Part shown: in pieces, positions 1-8,670 of the stretch
Layout of the letters: the number at the start of each line of letters is the position of its first letter
Numbering within the stretch: the first letter of the stretch is position 1
Origin: Candidatus Multivoradales bacterium
GTDB taxonomy: Bacteria; Acidobacteriota; Thermoanaerobaculia; Multivoradales; JAHEKO01
Reading direction: 5' to 3'
Assembly (NCBI GenBank): GCA_965223155.1
Contig: CBDCVR010000013.1
Span: 1,120,001 to 1,184,000 of the forward strand
DNA: 64,000 nt
Translations under genes and position numbers: made by a program
Notes under the pieces: generated by a model
Seen by the model: only the letters and a program-made list of their open reading frames with translations
Database searches by the model: none
Told to the model about the DNA's origin: nothing

Positions 1-12
1 TGTTCGGACATG

Positions 13-49
13 AAAAAGGCCAGATCGCCCGCCCCCGGTGCGACTGGCC
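13..49 (-). terminator. Intrinsic terminator/attenuator downstream of rpsB
   Basis: Minus strand GGCCAGTCGC...GCGATCTGGCC stem (18-49) followed by TTTTT (17-13). Confidence 0.6.
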
Positions 50-91
50 GTTCGGCTCCGCCGTGAGCGGCCAAGCCGGTTCGTTCGGCAC

Positions 92-1012
92 TCAGTTGAC
101 GGCCGTCTCTCCCTCGTCCGCTCCCTCCGCGGCCTCGGTGGTTTCGGCGGTCTCGGCAGCCTCGGCCGCTGGCTCAGCTGGCTCCTCGGAGACGGCCGCC
201 TCCGACCCGGTCGCCGCCTCGACGGCCTCCGTCTCCGAATCCCCGGTGTCCTCTGCCTCGCCCCGAGCCTCGGCTTCGGCGGCCGCGGCAGCCGCCGCCG
301 CTTCCTTGGCGGACGCTTCAAGCGCCGCCGACAACTCGCGGGCCCCTTCGAGATAGGCGTCCGCGATTCGTGAAGCGAAGAGCCGGATGGTGCGGATGGC
401 GTCGTCGTTTCCGGGGATCGGGTAGTCCACGGATTCCGGATCGCAGTTAGTATCGACGATCGCGACCACCGGAATGTTGAGCTTGTTGGCCTCGGCCACC
501 GCGATGTATTCCTTCTTGGGATCGACCACGAAGACCGCGTCGGGCAGGACGTCCAGATCGCGAATCCCCTCGAGATTGCGGTGCAGCTTCTCGCGCTCGC
601 GGTCCAGGCGCAGCCGCTCCTTCTTGATCAGGGGATTGTCGGTGTCGGCCATCCGGCCCTCGATGTCCTTCAAGCGCTCGACCGAAGAGCGGATGGTCAC
701 GAAGTTGGTGAGCGTGCCGCCCAGCCACCGGTGGGTGACAAAGTACTGCCCGCACCGACGCGCCTCCTGAGCGACGACCTCGCGCGCCTGGCGCTTCGTG
801 CCCACGAACAGAAGCCGCTGGCCGGCCGCGCCCATACCACGCACGAATCCCGCGGCCTCTTCGAAAAGCTCGCTGGTCCGCCGTAAATCGATGATGTAGA
901 TGCCGTTGCGCTTGCCGAAGATATAGGGACGCATCTTCGGGTTCCAGCGCCGAGTCTGGTGGCCGAAGTGCACCCCGGCCTCGAGCAGTTCCTGCATGTT
1001 TACCTGAGCCAA
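92..1012 (-). CDS. rpsB: 30S ribosomal protein S2
   Basis: [28 protein letters not shown] and IPGNDDA motifs; TTG start with GGAGG SD; Ala/Glu-rich C-terminal tail. Confidence 0.98.
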   Translation of the reverse strand: MAQVNMQELLEAGVHFGHQTRRWNPKMRPYIFGKRNGIYIIDLRRTSELFEEAAGFVRGMGAAGQRLLFVGTKRQAREVVAQEARRCGQYFVTHRWLGGTLTNFVTIRSSVERLKDIEGRMADTDNPLIKKERLRLDREREKLHRNLEGIRDLDVLPDAVFVVDPKKEYIAVAEANKLNIPVVAIVDTNCDPESVDYPIPGNDDAIRTIRLFASRIADAYLEGARELSAALEASAKEAAAAAAAAEAEARGEAEDTGDSETEAVEAATGSEAAVSEEPAEPAAEAAETAETTEAAEGADEGETAVN

Positions 1013-1031
1013 ATCGCAACCTCCGCGCGGA

Positions 1032-1424
1032 CTAGCGCTTGCTGAACTGGAAGCGCGCGCGCGCGCCCTTGAGACCGTACTTCTTGCGCTCCTTCTTCCT
1101 GGGGTCCCGAGTCAGGAAGCCGCCACCCTTGAGCCGCTCGCGCAGCTCACCGTTGTAGTTGACCAACGCCCGCGCGATGCCGTGGCGAATCGCGCCTGCC
1201 TGCCCCGAGGAACCGCCACCGGCAACGGTCACGTTGAGATCGAACTTCTCGGCCGTCTCGGTCAGCAGCAAGGGCTGGCGCACGATCATGCGCAGGGCCG
1301 GATTCGGGAAGAAGTCCTCGAAGTCGCGGCCGTTCACCCTCATGGTGCCACTGCCCGGCGTCAGGAAGACGCGGGCTGTGGCGCTCTTGCGCCGGCCGGT
1401 TCCGTAGTACTGAAGGTCGCTCAA
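1032..1424 (-). CDS. rpsI: 30S ribosomal protein S9
   Basis: [13 protein letters not shown]...[19 protein letters not shown]; TTG start with GAGGAG SD. Confidence 0.98.
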   Translation of the reverse strand: MSDLQYYGTGRRKSATARVFLTPGSGTMRVNGRDFEDFFPNPALRMIVRQPLLLTETAEKFDLNVTVAGGGSSGQAGAIRHGIARALVNYNGELRERLKGGGFLTRDPRKKERKKYGLKGARARFQFSKR

Positions 1425-1494
1425 CTAAATACTCCTCGTTGCTGTCGCGTGATGCTCCGCCCGAGCGTCCGGGCCGATGGAATCTCCGCTTTCC

Positions 1495-1923
1495 TCAGAT
1501 CTCCAAGACCTTGGGCTGCTGGGCCGCGTGCGGATGCTCCGAGCCCGCGTAGACCTTGAGCTTCTTGAACTGCCGGCGGCCGAGCTTGTTCTTGGGCAGC
1601 ATTCCGCGCACGCTCTTCTCCACCAGCCGCTCCGGATACTTAGCGCGCACCTCGGCGGCGGTCTCCTCCTTGAGGCCGCCAGGATGCGTGCTGTGCCGGT
1701 AGTAGACCTTCTGGGTCTCCTTCCGGCCGGTAAGCACTGCCTGGTCGGCGTTCACGACGACGACGAAGTCGCCGGTATCGACGTGGGGCGCATAGTGGGG
1801 CTTGTGCTTGCCGACGAGGACACGAGCGATCTCGACCGACAACCGGCCGAGCGTCTTGCCCGCCGCGTCGACCAAGAACCAGTCGCGTTCAATTTCGCCG
1901 GTCTTGGGGCTATACGTACGCAT
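1495..1923 (-). CDS. rplM: 50S ribosomal protein L13
   Basis: [43 protein letters not shown]; ATG at 1923. Confidence 0.98.
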   Translation of the reverse strand: MRTYSPKTGEIERDWFLVDAAGKTLGRLSVEIARVLVGKHKPHYAPHVDTGDFVVVVNADQAVLTGRKETQKVYYRHSTHPGGLKEETAAEVRAKYPERLVEKSVRGMLPKNKLGRRQFKKLKVYAGSEHPHAAQQPKVLEI

Positions 1924-1995
1924 TCCAGTAAGTTCCGAATCGTCCAGACGCAAGTTGACGTAACTTACCCGGCTTTGCCGGGCAAAGGGCCCACG

Positions 1996-2024
1996 ATGTT
2001 AGGCGCGGCTCCGATCGATGTCAA
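1996..2024 (-). promoter_or_regulatory. Sigma70-type promoter of rplM-rpsI-rpsB
   Basis: Minus strand TTGACA (2024-2019), 17-nt spacer, TAACAT (2001-1996). Confidence 0.8.
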
Positions 2025-2110
2025 GGCCCGGCGGCCGGCCGGTTTCGACGGCATCGCCGGGCCTCCGGAGCCCCACCAGAACGGCCCCCGCCTGCTACGC
2101 TAGGCTGTTC

Positions 2111-3700
2111 ATGGCCGGCACCGATCCCGCAAACACCGCCGGACCGCCCTCGCCGCCGCGTCCGATTCCCCTAGTCCACGCATTTCGAAATCTGGGCGAG
2201 GACGGATACCGGCGCTTCGTGACCGCCTGGGCAGTGGCGTGCCTCGCCATCGTGCCCACGGGAATGCTGACCCGGGCCTTCGACTGGACCGGAATCCCGG
2301 TGAGCGTTGGGGGCGTACGCGCCTTCGTGACCATCTACGTGCCGCTCCTCGTTTGCTACCCACTCGTCCTGTGGTTTGGCTACGCTTGGGGCGCGATCCC
2401 CGCATACCTCGCCACCTTGGGAGTCTCGCTGATGGGCGGGATGGCCCTGCCCTGGGCTCTCCTCTTTGCCTTCGCCAATCCGCTCGGGCTCGCGGCCTTC
2501 TATCTGGGCGCCCGCTCGGCGCCGATGCGACCCGACCTGCGGTCCTTGCCTTCGCTCGTCTATTTCGTCTTGATCCTCTTCGTCGGCACGCTGGCGAGCT
2601 CGGTCGGAGCCTTCATCTGGGGCTACAGCAACGATCTGGATTTCGAGCGCTTCTATCCGGCCTGGCAGGGTTGGTGGCTGGGAGGATTTCTGCAGGGGGT
2701 GCTCCTGGTGGCGCCCATCCTGATGCTGACAACCGCCGCCATTCTGCGCTGGCGCGCCAGCCTGGGCCTCGAGATTCCGACGACCGAGGACCGGGATCGC
2801 CGCGCGCTGCTGGCCGGATCCGCGGTCATGGTGGCTTCGGTGGCGGCGTTCGCCCTGATCGCGCGCCGGTTCGCGCGGTCCACTCTCGACGGGCTCTTGG
2901 AGGCGAATCCCCAGACCGGATCGATCCGCGAGGAACTGCTGGACGTCTTCCGAAGCCTGTCACTGCCCTACTGGGTCATGCTGACCTTCGTCGGCGTCAC
3001 TCTCTACCTGGGCTATCGCATCGGCCGGCTCTGGAGTGAGCGCTTCGGCGCCCTGGTCCAAACCCTCGAGGCCACCAACAAGGAGCTTTCTCAGAAGACC
3101 GAGCTCCTCGAGCAGCAGAACCTGGAGCTGCAACGCCTGGCGATCACCGACAGCCTGACCCAGGCGCACAACCGCGGCTATCTGATGGAGAGCCTCCAGC
3201 GCGAGGTCAGCGCCTCCAGCCGCCACGGTGAGCCGCTGTCGGTGCTGCTTCTGGACCTGGATCACTTCAAGCAGGCCAACGATCAGCACGGGCATCTGGT
3301 CGGCGACGAGATCCTGAAGAACGTGGCCGACCGCATTCGCAACCAACTTCGGCGCGAGGACTTGCTGGCGCGCTTCGGCGGCGAGGAGTTCGTCGTGGTG
3401 CTGCCGCGCACCGACGCCGACGCCGCCTGGATCGTGGCCGAGAAGATCCGGCTGGCGATCTCGGCGGCGCCCTTCCAGGTGGAGACCATCGCCATCGAGC
3501 TGACGGTTAGCCTGGGCCTCGCCTGCTTGAGCGAGAGCACCGGCGATCGGCCGGTGCGCCACCTCCTGTCGCTTGCCGACCGTGCGCTCTATCGCAGCAA
3601 GAAGGAAGGCCGCAACCGCACCACCGTGGCTTCGGCGCTGTCTCCCGGCGAACGAACCTTCGCCGCCCAGGCTCCGCATGGAGACTCTCCCTCCGGATGA
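2111..3700 (+). CDS. Membrane-anchored (MASE1-like) diguanylate cyclase
   Basis: Multiple hydrophobic helices, coiled coil, DSLT, DLDHFK, RREDLLARFGGEEF (RxxD I-site present), ADRALYRSK. Confidence 0.88.
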   Translation: MAGTDPANTAGPPSPPRPIPLVHAFRNLGEDGYRRFVTAWAVACLAIVPTGMLTRAFDWTGIPVSVGGVRAFVTIYVPLLVCYPLVLWFGYAWGAIPAYLATLGVSLMGGMALPWALLFAFANPLGLAAFYLGARSAPMRPDLRSLPSLVYFVLILFVGTLASSVGAFIWGYSNDLDFERFYPAWQGWWLGGFLQGVLLVAPILMLTTAAILRWRASLGLEIPTTEDRDRRALLAGSAVMVASVAAFALIARRFARSTLDGLLEANPQTGSIREELLDVFRSLSLPYWVMLTFVGVTLYLGYRIGRLWSERFGALVQTLEATNKELSQKTELLEQQNLELQRLAITDSLTQAHNRGYLMESLQREVSASSRHGEPLSVLLLDLDHFKQANDQHGHLVGDEILKNVADRIRNQLRREDLLARFGGEEFVVVLPRTDADAAWIVAEKIRLAISAAPFQVETIAIELTVSLGLACLSESTGDRPVRHLLSLADRALYRSKKEGRNRTTVASALSPGERTFAAQAPHGDSPSG

Positions 3701-4452
3701 AGGGCGCGGACGCAACCGTTCCCGGGCCCGGCGCCGGCGCGGGCGGCGGGGAGCTGGACAAGCGGAGCGAGACGATCCGCGACATGTTCGGCCGGGTGGC
3801 CCCGCGCTATGACCTTCTCAATCACGTCCTGTCGGGAGCTCTGGACATCCGCTGGCGACGTCTGGCGGCGCGTAGCCTCGAGCTGGACGCAAGGGCGGGA
3901 GCCCGGGTTCTGGACCTCTGCTGCGGCACCGGCGACCAGGCACTGGCGGTGCGCTCCCGGGGCGGCCGGGTGGCCGCCGCCGACTTCTGCCTGCCCATGC
4001 TCGCCATCGCCCGGCGCAAGTTCCGCCGGCATTCCGCGCGTAGTCCCAAGGCTCTCGCCAGTGATGCTCTCAGCCTGCCGTTCGCTACTGCCACGTTTCA
4101 GGCGGCGACGGTCTCGTTCGGCCTCCGCAACGTGGCCGATCTGGACCATGCGTTGGCCGAGATCCGTCGGGTGCTGGCTCCGGCCGCGAGGGTGGCCTTC
4201 CTGGAGTTCGCGGTACCCGAGTCGAAGCTGATCCAGGGACCGTACCTCATGTACTTTCGCAGAATCCTGCCGCGCATCGGCGGTTCGATCTCTCAAGACG
4301 CAACCGCCTACGACTACCTGCCCTCGTCCGTGCTTGAGTTTCCCCAGCGTGCGGCGTTCGCGCGCCACATGGAGGGCGCGGGCTTCGAGCGCTGCCTTCA
4401 TCGAAACCTGGCGGGCGGCATCGTCTGCCTCTATACCGGAGTGACTTCATGA
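3697..4452 (+). CDS. menG: Demethylmenaquinone methyltransferase (UbiE/MenG family)
   Basis: MFGRVAPRYDLLNHVLS, LDLCCGTGD, SFGLRNV, AYDYLPSSV; ATGA overlap with upstream gene. Confidence 0.9.
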   Translation: MKGADATVPGPGAGAGGGELDKRSETIRDMFGRVAPRYDLLNHVLSGALDIRWRRLAARSLELDARAGARVLDLCCGTGDQALAVRSRGGRVAAADFCLPMLAIARRKFRRHSARSPKALASDALSLPFATATFQAATVSFGLRNVADLDHALAEIRRVLAPAARVAFLEFAVPESKLIQGPYLMYFRRILPRIGGSISQDATAYDYLPSSVLEFPQRAAFARHMEGAGFERCLHRNLAGGIVCLYTGVTS

Positions 4453-5384
4453 CCGAGATTCTGGACGGCGCCAAGGTCGCCCGCACGATTCGCAAGGAGG
4501 TCCGCGACCAGGCCCGGGCGATGGTCGCGGCGGGGCACCGAGCTCCCGAGCTGGTCGCCGTGCTGGTCGGCAACGACCCCGCCTCCGAGGTCTACGTGGG
4601 CAGCAAGAAACGGGCGGGCGGCAAGGCCGGCTTCACCAGCCGCTCCATCGAGCTTCCGGCGGACACCAGCCAGGAGGCTCTGGAGCGCACCCTGGACGAT
4701 CTCAACCACGACGCCGGCGTCGACGGAATTCTCGTCCAGCTGCCGCTGCCGACCGGCCTGGACGCCCGGCGAGCCCTGGACCGGCTGGATCCCGGCAAAG
4801 ACGTGGACGGTCTCCATCCCCACAACGTGGGCCGGCTCTGGCTGGATCAATCGGGGCTCTTCCCCGCCACTCCGGCAGGCGTGGTCCAGCTCCTCAAGCG
4901 CTCGGCCATCGAGCTCTCGGGCCGCAACGCCGTCATCATCGGCCGCAGCCACCTGGTGGGCAAGCCGCTGGCCGGCCTGCTGCTGCGGGAAAACTGCACG
5001 GTCACGGTCTGCCACTCGCGCACTCAGAACCTGGAGGAAGTGACCCGCCGAGCCGATCTTCTGATCGCGGCCCTCGGCCGGCTGGCCGCGATCGGCGAAG
5101 CCCACGTTCGCGAAGGCGCCGTCGTGATCGACGTCGGTATCCATCGCATCGAAGACCGCGAAACCGTCGAGCGGCTGTTCCCGTGCAACCGCGAGCGGAT
5201 GGAACGTTTCGAGGAAAAGGGCCGGATCCTGGCGGGAGACGTCGATTTCGACCGGGTAGCGCCCAAGTGCCGGGCGATCACTCCGGTGCCCGGAGGCGTC
5301 GGTCCCCTGACCGTGGCCATGCTGCTGGTCAACACGTTAGCGGCGTCCAAGAACCGGCAAGGCATCGCCGCGCCCACGGAATGA
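4449..5384 (+). CDS. folD: Methylenetetrahydrofolate dehydrogenase/cyclohydrolase
   Basis: DGILVQLPLP, KDVDGLHP, GRSHLVGKP, TPVPGGVGPLT. Confidence 0.97.
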   Translation: MTEILDGAKVARTIRKEVRDQARAMVAAGHRAPELVAVLVGNDPASEVYVGSKKRAGGKAGFTSRSIELPADTSQEALERTLDDLNHDAGVDGILVQLPLPTGLDARRALDRLDPGKDVDGLHPHNVGRLWLDQSGLFPATPAGVVQLLKRSAIELSGRNAVIIGRSHLVGKPLAGLLLRENCTVTVCHSRTQNLEEVTRRADLLIAALGRLAAIGEAHVREGAVVIDVGIHRIEDRETVERLFPCNRERMERFEEKGRILAGDVDFDRVAPKCRAITPVPGGVGPLTVAMLLVNTLAASKNRQGIAAPTE

Positions 5385-6019
5385 TCTCGATCGGCCTTAC
5401 CGGCGGCCTCGCCTCGGGCAAGTCCACGGTCGCGCGCTGGCTCGCCGAGGCCGGCTGCGTGGTGGTGGACGGTGATCGGCTGGTCGCCGAGCTCTACCGT
5501 GCCGGAGAGCCCGGCACCGAAGCAGTGGTCGAGCTCTTCGGCGACTCCGTCCTGGACGGCGAGGGCAACGTCAACAAGCTCCGGCTGGCCGCCCGCGTCT
5601 TCGGCGCCGGTGCCGAGCCGGCAGCGCTGGAGCGGCTGGAGGCCGCCGTCCATCCGCTGGTGCGGGCGCGCTTCGCCGAGATCGCCGAGGTCGCCACCGC
5701 CCAGGGCGCGGCCGCCGTCGTCCTCGAAGCCACGCGCTTGGTCGAGGCGGGGTACGCGCCGGACTTCGACGTGGTGATCACGATCGAAGCCGATTCCGAG
5801 TTGCGCCTGGCCCGAGCCGTCGCCCGGGGACTGGAAGAAGACGACGCGCGCTCCCGGCTCTCGGCCCAGGGCACGGGCGAGCCGCGCCAGCAAGCCGCCC
5901 ATCGAATTCTGCTGAACGACGGCTCCCTGGCCGAACTCCGCGGCGCGGTCGACGCTCTCTTGGTCGATTTGGAGATCGCTCCGGCCGCCGAGGTCAAAGA
6001 GCCAGAGGACGAGAGCTGA
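5381..6019 (+). CDS. coaE: Dephospho-CoA kinase
   Basis: IGLTGGLASGKSTV P-loop, LEAAVHPLV; ATGA overlap with folD. Confidence 0.93.
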   Translation: MISIGLTGGLASGKSTVARWLAEAGCVVVDGDRLVAELYRAGEPGTEAVVELFGDSVLDGEGNVNKLRLAARVFGAGAEPAALERLEAAVHPLVRARFAEIAEVATAQGAAAVVLEATRLVEAGYAPDFDVVITIEADSELRLARAVARGLEEDDARSRLSAQGTGEPRQQAAHRILLNDGSLAELRGAVDALLVDLEIAPAAEVKEPEDES

Positions 6020-6594
6020 CCAACGCCGCCCCGGCGCGAGGGCCGCTCCGAACCGCGACCTTCGTCACCGGCAACCCCGGCAAGCTGGCCGAGCTGCGCC
6101 GTCTCGCCGGAGCCGAGCTGCTCCTGCTTCACGAAGAGCTCGACCTGCCCGAGATTCAATCGCTGGACCTGGAGGCCGTGGTCCGAGCCAAGGCGCGGGC
6201 GGCCTGGGAGCGTCTGGGCCGGCCGGTATTGGTCGAGGAGACCGGCCTCGAGCTGGCCTCCCTGAACGGCTTTCCGGGACCGCTGGTGAAATGGATGCTC
6301 GCCGCCGTCGGACCGGAGGGCATCGCCGCCGTTGCCGAGCGCGCCGGGGAGCCCCGAGCCCGGGCCGTCTGCGTCTTCCTCTACTTCGACGGCGAGCGGG
6401 AGATCGCCGGCCGCGGGACGACCGAAGGCAGGCTGGTGCTGCCGACCCGGGGGAAGGCGGGCTTCGGCTGGGATCCGGTGTTCGTACCCACAGGCGAGAC
6501 CCGCACGTACGCGGAGCTGGGCGACGCCCGCAAAGACGAGCTCGGCCACCGAGGTCGCGCCTGGCGCGACCTCGTGGCTCGGGCCCAAGGTTGA
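6016..6594 (+). CDS. rdgB: Non-canonical purine NTP pyrophosphatase (Ham1/RdgB); probable CTG start
   Basis: TFVTGNPGK (6058 onward), DLPEIQ, LNGFPGPLVKW, FGWDPVF, TYAEL, GHRGRA; N-terminal motif lies upstream of the first GTG (6178). Confidence 0.9.
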   Translation: MTNAAPARGPLRTATFVTGNPGKLAELRRLAGAELLLLHEELDLPEIQSLDLEAVVRAKARAAWERLGRPVLVEETGLELASLNGFPGPLVKWMLAAVGPEGIAAVAERAGEPRARAVCVFLYFDGEREIAGRGTTEGRLVLPTRGKAGFGWDPVFVPTGETRTYAELGDARKDELGHRGRAWRDLVARAQG

Positions 6595-6735
6595 CCCGGC
6601 CACGCCGGCACTTCGCGTCAGGATTCGAGGCGAATCCAAGAACCCCGAGACCCCGGCTCGCGAGCGAGGGCGAACCGGGCCGAGCCCCGGCGACCCGATG
6701 GCTAGACGGTCCCGAATGCCGGGCCGAGGCGCGAA

Positions 6736-7647
6736 CTAGCCCAGCAGCTCGACCAGAATCGCCTTCTGCACGTGCATGCGGTTCTCGGCCTCGTCGAAGA
6801 TCCGGCTCTGGGCGCCGTCGGCGACTTCGGCCGAGACCTCCTCGCCTCGGTGGGCGGGCAGGCAATGGAGGAAGACGGCGTCCGGTCGGGCCTTGGCCAT
6901 GAGCTCGGCATCCACGGTGAAGCCGGCGAAGGCGGACAAGCGTTCCTGGGCCTCGGCTTCCTGGCCCATCGAGGCCCAGACGTCGGTGTAGACACAGCTG
7001 GCTCCGGCGACGGCCGCGGCCGGATCGGTCGTCGTGTCGATCCGGGTGCCGGCGGCTTCGGCATCACGCCGCGCCAGCTCCAGGTAGCCGTCCGAGACCT
7101 CGTAGCCGGGCGGCGTTGCCACCGCCACGTCCATGCCGACCTTGGACGCCCCCAGCATCAGGGAATGGGCCACGTTGTTGCCGTCCCCGACATAGGCCAG
7201 CTTCCGGCCTTCGAGCTCGCCGAAGACCTCCCGCAGCGTGAAGTAGTCGGCAAGTCCCTGGCACGGGTGCAGGTCGTCGGTCAGGCCGTTGATGACCGGA
7301 ATCGAACCGTGCTCCGCCAGGTCCAGCACGGCTTGGTGCTCGAAGGTCCGGGCCATGATGCCGTGCACGTAGCGAGACAGCACCTGGGCCGTGTCCGAGA
7401 TCGGCTCGCCGCGGCCGAGCTGGATGTCGCGGGACGACAAGAAGAGAGCCTGGCCGCCGAGCTGGTACATACCGACCTCGAAGCTGACCCGGGTGCGCGT
7501 CGAGGACTTCTCGAAGATCATTCCCAGGCTCTTGCCGTCGAGCGCCGACCGGAAGCTGCCGGGATCCGCCTTGAGCCGGCCGGCCAGATCGAAGATGCGC
7601 TCGACGTCGGCGGCCGAGAGATCGTGAATCGAGATCAGATGGTTCAT
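6736..7647 (-). CDS. argF: Ornithine carbamoyltransferase
   Basis: FEKSSTRTR, HPCQ, YVGDGNNV, YTDVWASMGQE, HCLPAHRGEEV. Confidence 0.97.
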   Translation of the reverse strand: MNHLISIHDLSAADVERIFDLAGRLKADPGSFRSALDGKSLGMIFEKSSTRTRVSFEVGMYQLGGQALFLSSRDIQLGRGEPISDTAQVLSRYVHGIMARTFEHQAVLDLAEHGSIPVINGLTDDLHPCQGLADYFTLREVFGELEGRKLAYVGDGNNVAHSLMLGASKVGMDVAVATPPGYEVSDGYLELARRDAEAAGTRIDTTTDPAAAVAGASCVYTDVWASMGQEAEAQERLSAFAGFTVDAELMAKARPDAVFLHCLPAHRGEEVSAEVADGAQSRIFDEAENRMHVQKAILVELLG

Positions 7648-7671
7648 GAGTCGGTCCCTTTCGTCGTCCCT

Positions 7672-8664
7672 TTATCGTCCTTGCATCGGGGGCGAATCCG
7701 GCACCACGGTGGTTCCCGCCTTGCCATCTAGCGTTGCCCGCAAGTGGTCGGAATCGGTAATCACGGCAGGGCGGCCACGCTCGCGCACGAACGCCAGAAC
7801 CGCCTCCATCTTGGGTTTCATACTGCCAGCGGGGAAGGCGTCGTCATCGAGCATCGAGGCCACCTCGCTCGCGTCCAGGCGGCGTATCGCCTGTTGCTCG
7901 GGAGCACCGAAGTGCCGGTAGACCTCGGCAACGTTGGTGACGATGGCCAGGAGATCCGCGCCCAACTCCCGGGCCAGCAGAGACGCGGTCCAGTCCTTGT
8001 CGATGACCGCCTCGACGCCTTCGAGACGGCCGTCCTCCGTGCGCACGACCGGGACTCCCCCTCCGCCACCGGCCATGACGATGCCCCGGTTGGCCAGGAG
8101 AGTGCGAATGGTCTTCAAGCCGAACACTTCGAGCGGCCGCGGGCTGGCCACCACCTTGCGGTAGCCCCGGCCCGCGGGATCCTTGCGTAGCGCCCAGCTG
8201 TGGTCCCGCTTCAGACTCCGAGCACGGTAGCGCGAGAAATACGGACCCACGGGTTTGGTGGGCTCGAGAAAGCCGGGGTCGGTCGAGTCCACCGCGGTCA
8301 GCGACAGCACGGTGTTGACCTCGCGCTCCAGCCCCTTCTGGGCGAGGCGGTTGAGCAGAGCCAGCGCCAGAAGGTAGCCGAGACTCCCCTGCGTCTGAGC
8401 CACCGCAAGGTCGAGGGTCCCCGGAGGGATCTTGGTGGCGGCCTCTTCCATCTGGATCATCACCTGACCCACCTGCGGGCCGTTGCCATGGACGATCAGA
8501 AGGTCCTCGCCCCGCTCGGCGAACTCGACCAGCCAGTCGGCCGCCTCCTCGGCCCGGCGCAGCTGTTCGGCCACGGTGCCATCGTCCTCGGCCGGCAGCA
8601 GGGCGTTGCCGCCGAACGCCACTACCGCCAGCGGCCGGGACCGTTTGGTGGATCGCTTCGACAC
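7672..8664 (-). CDS. arcC: Carbamate kinase
   Basis: VAFGGNAL, HGNGPQVG, PTKPVGP, VVASPRP, GVEAVIDKD, GSMKPK. Confidence 0.96.
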   Translation of the reverse strand: MSKRSTKRSRPLAVVAFGGNALLPAEDDGTVAEQLRRAEEAADWLVEFAERGEDLLIVHGNGPQVGQVMIQMEEAATKIPPGTLDLAVAQTQGSLGYLLALALLNRLAQKGLEREVNTVLSLTAVDSTDPGFLEPTKPVGPYFSRYRARSLKRDHSWALRKDPAGRGYRKVVASPRPLEVFGLKTIRTLLANRGIVMAGGGGGVPVVRTEDGRLEGVEAVIDKDWTASLLARELGADLLAIVTNVAEVYRHFGAPEQQAIRRLDASEVASMLDDDAFPAGSMKPKMEAVLAFVRERGRPAVITDSDHLRATLDGKAGTTVVPDSPPMQGR

Positions 8665-8670
8665 GGGCCG

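Noticed and set aside
1-11. Possible tsf start (ATG at 11, minus strand)
   Set aside because: tsf is expected after rpsB, but only three codons are visible and the ATG abuts a terminator U-tract with no SD
92-330. Repetitive GCC/GAG-rich sequence at the rpsB 3' end
   Set aside because: Ordinary Ala/Glu low-complexity tail common in S2 proteins
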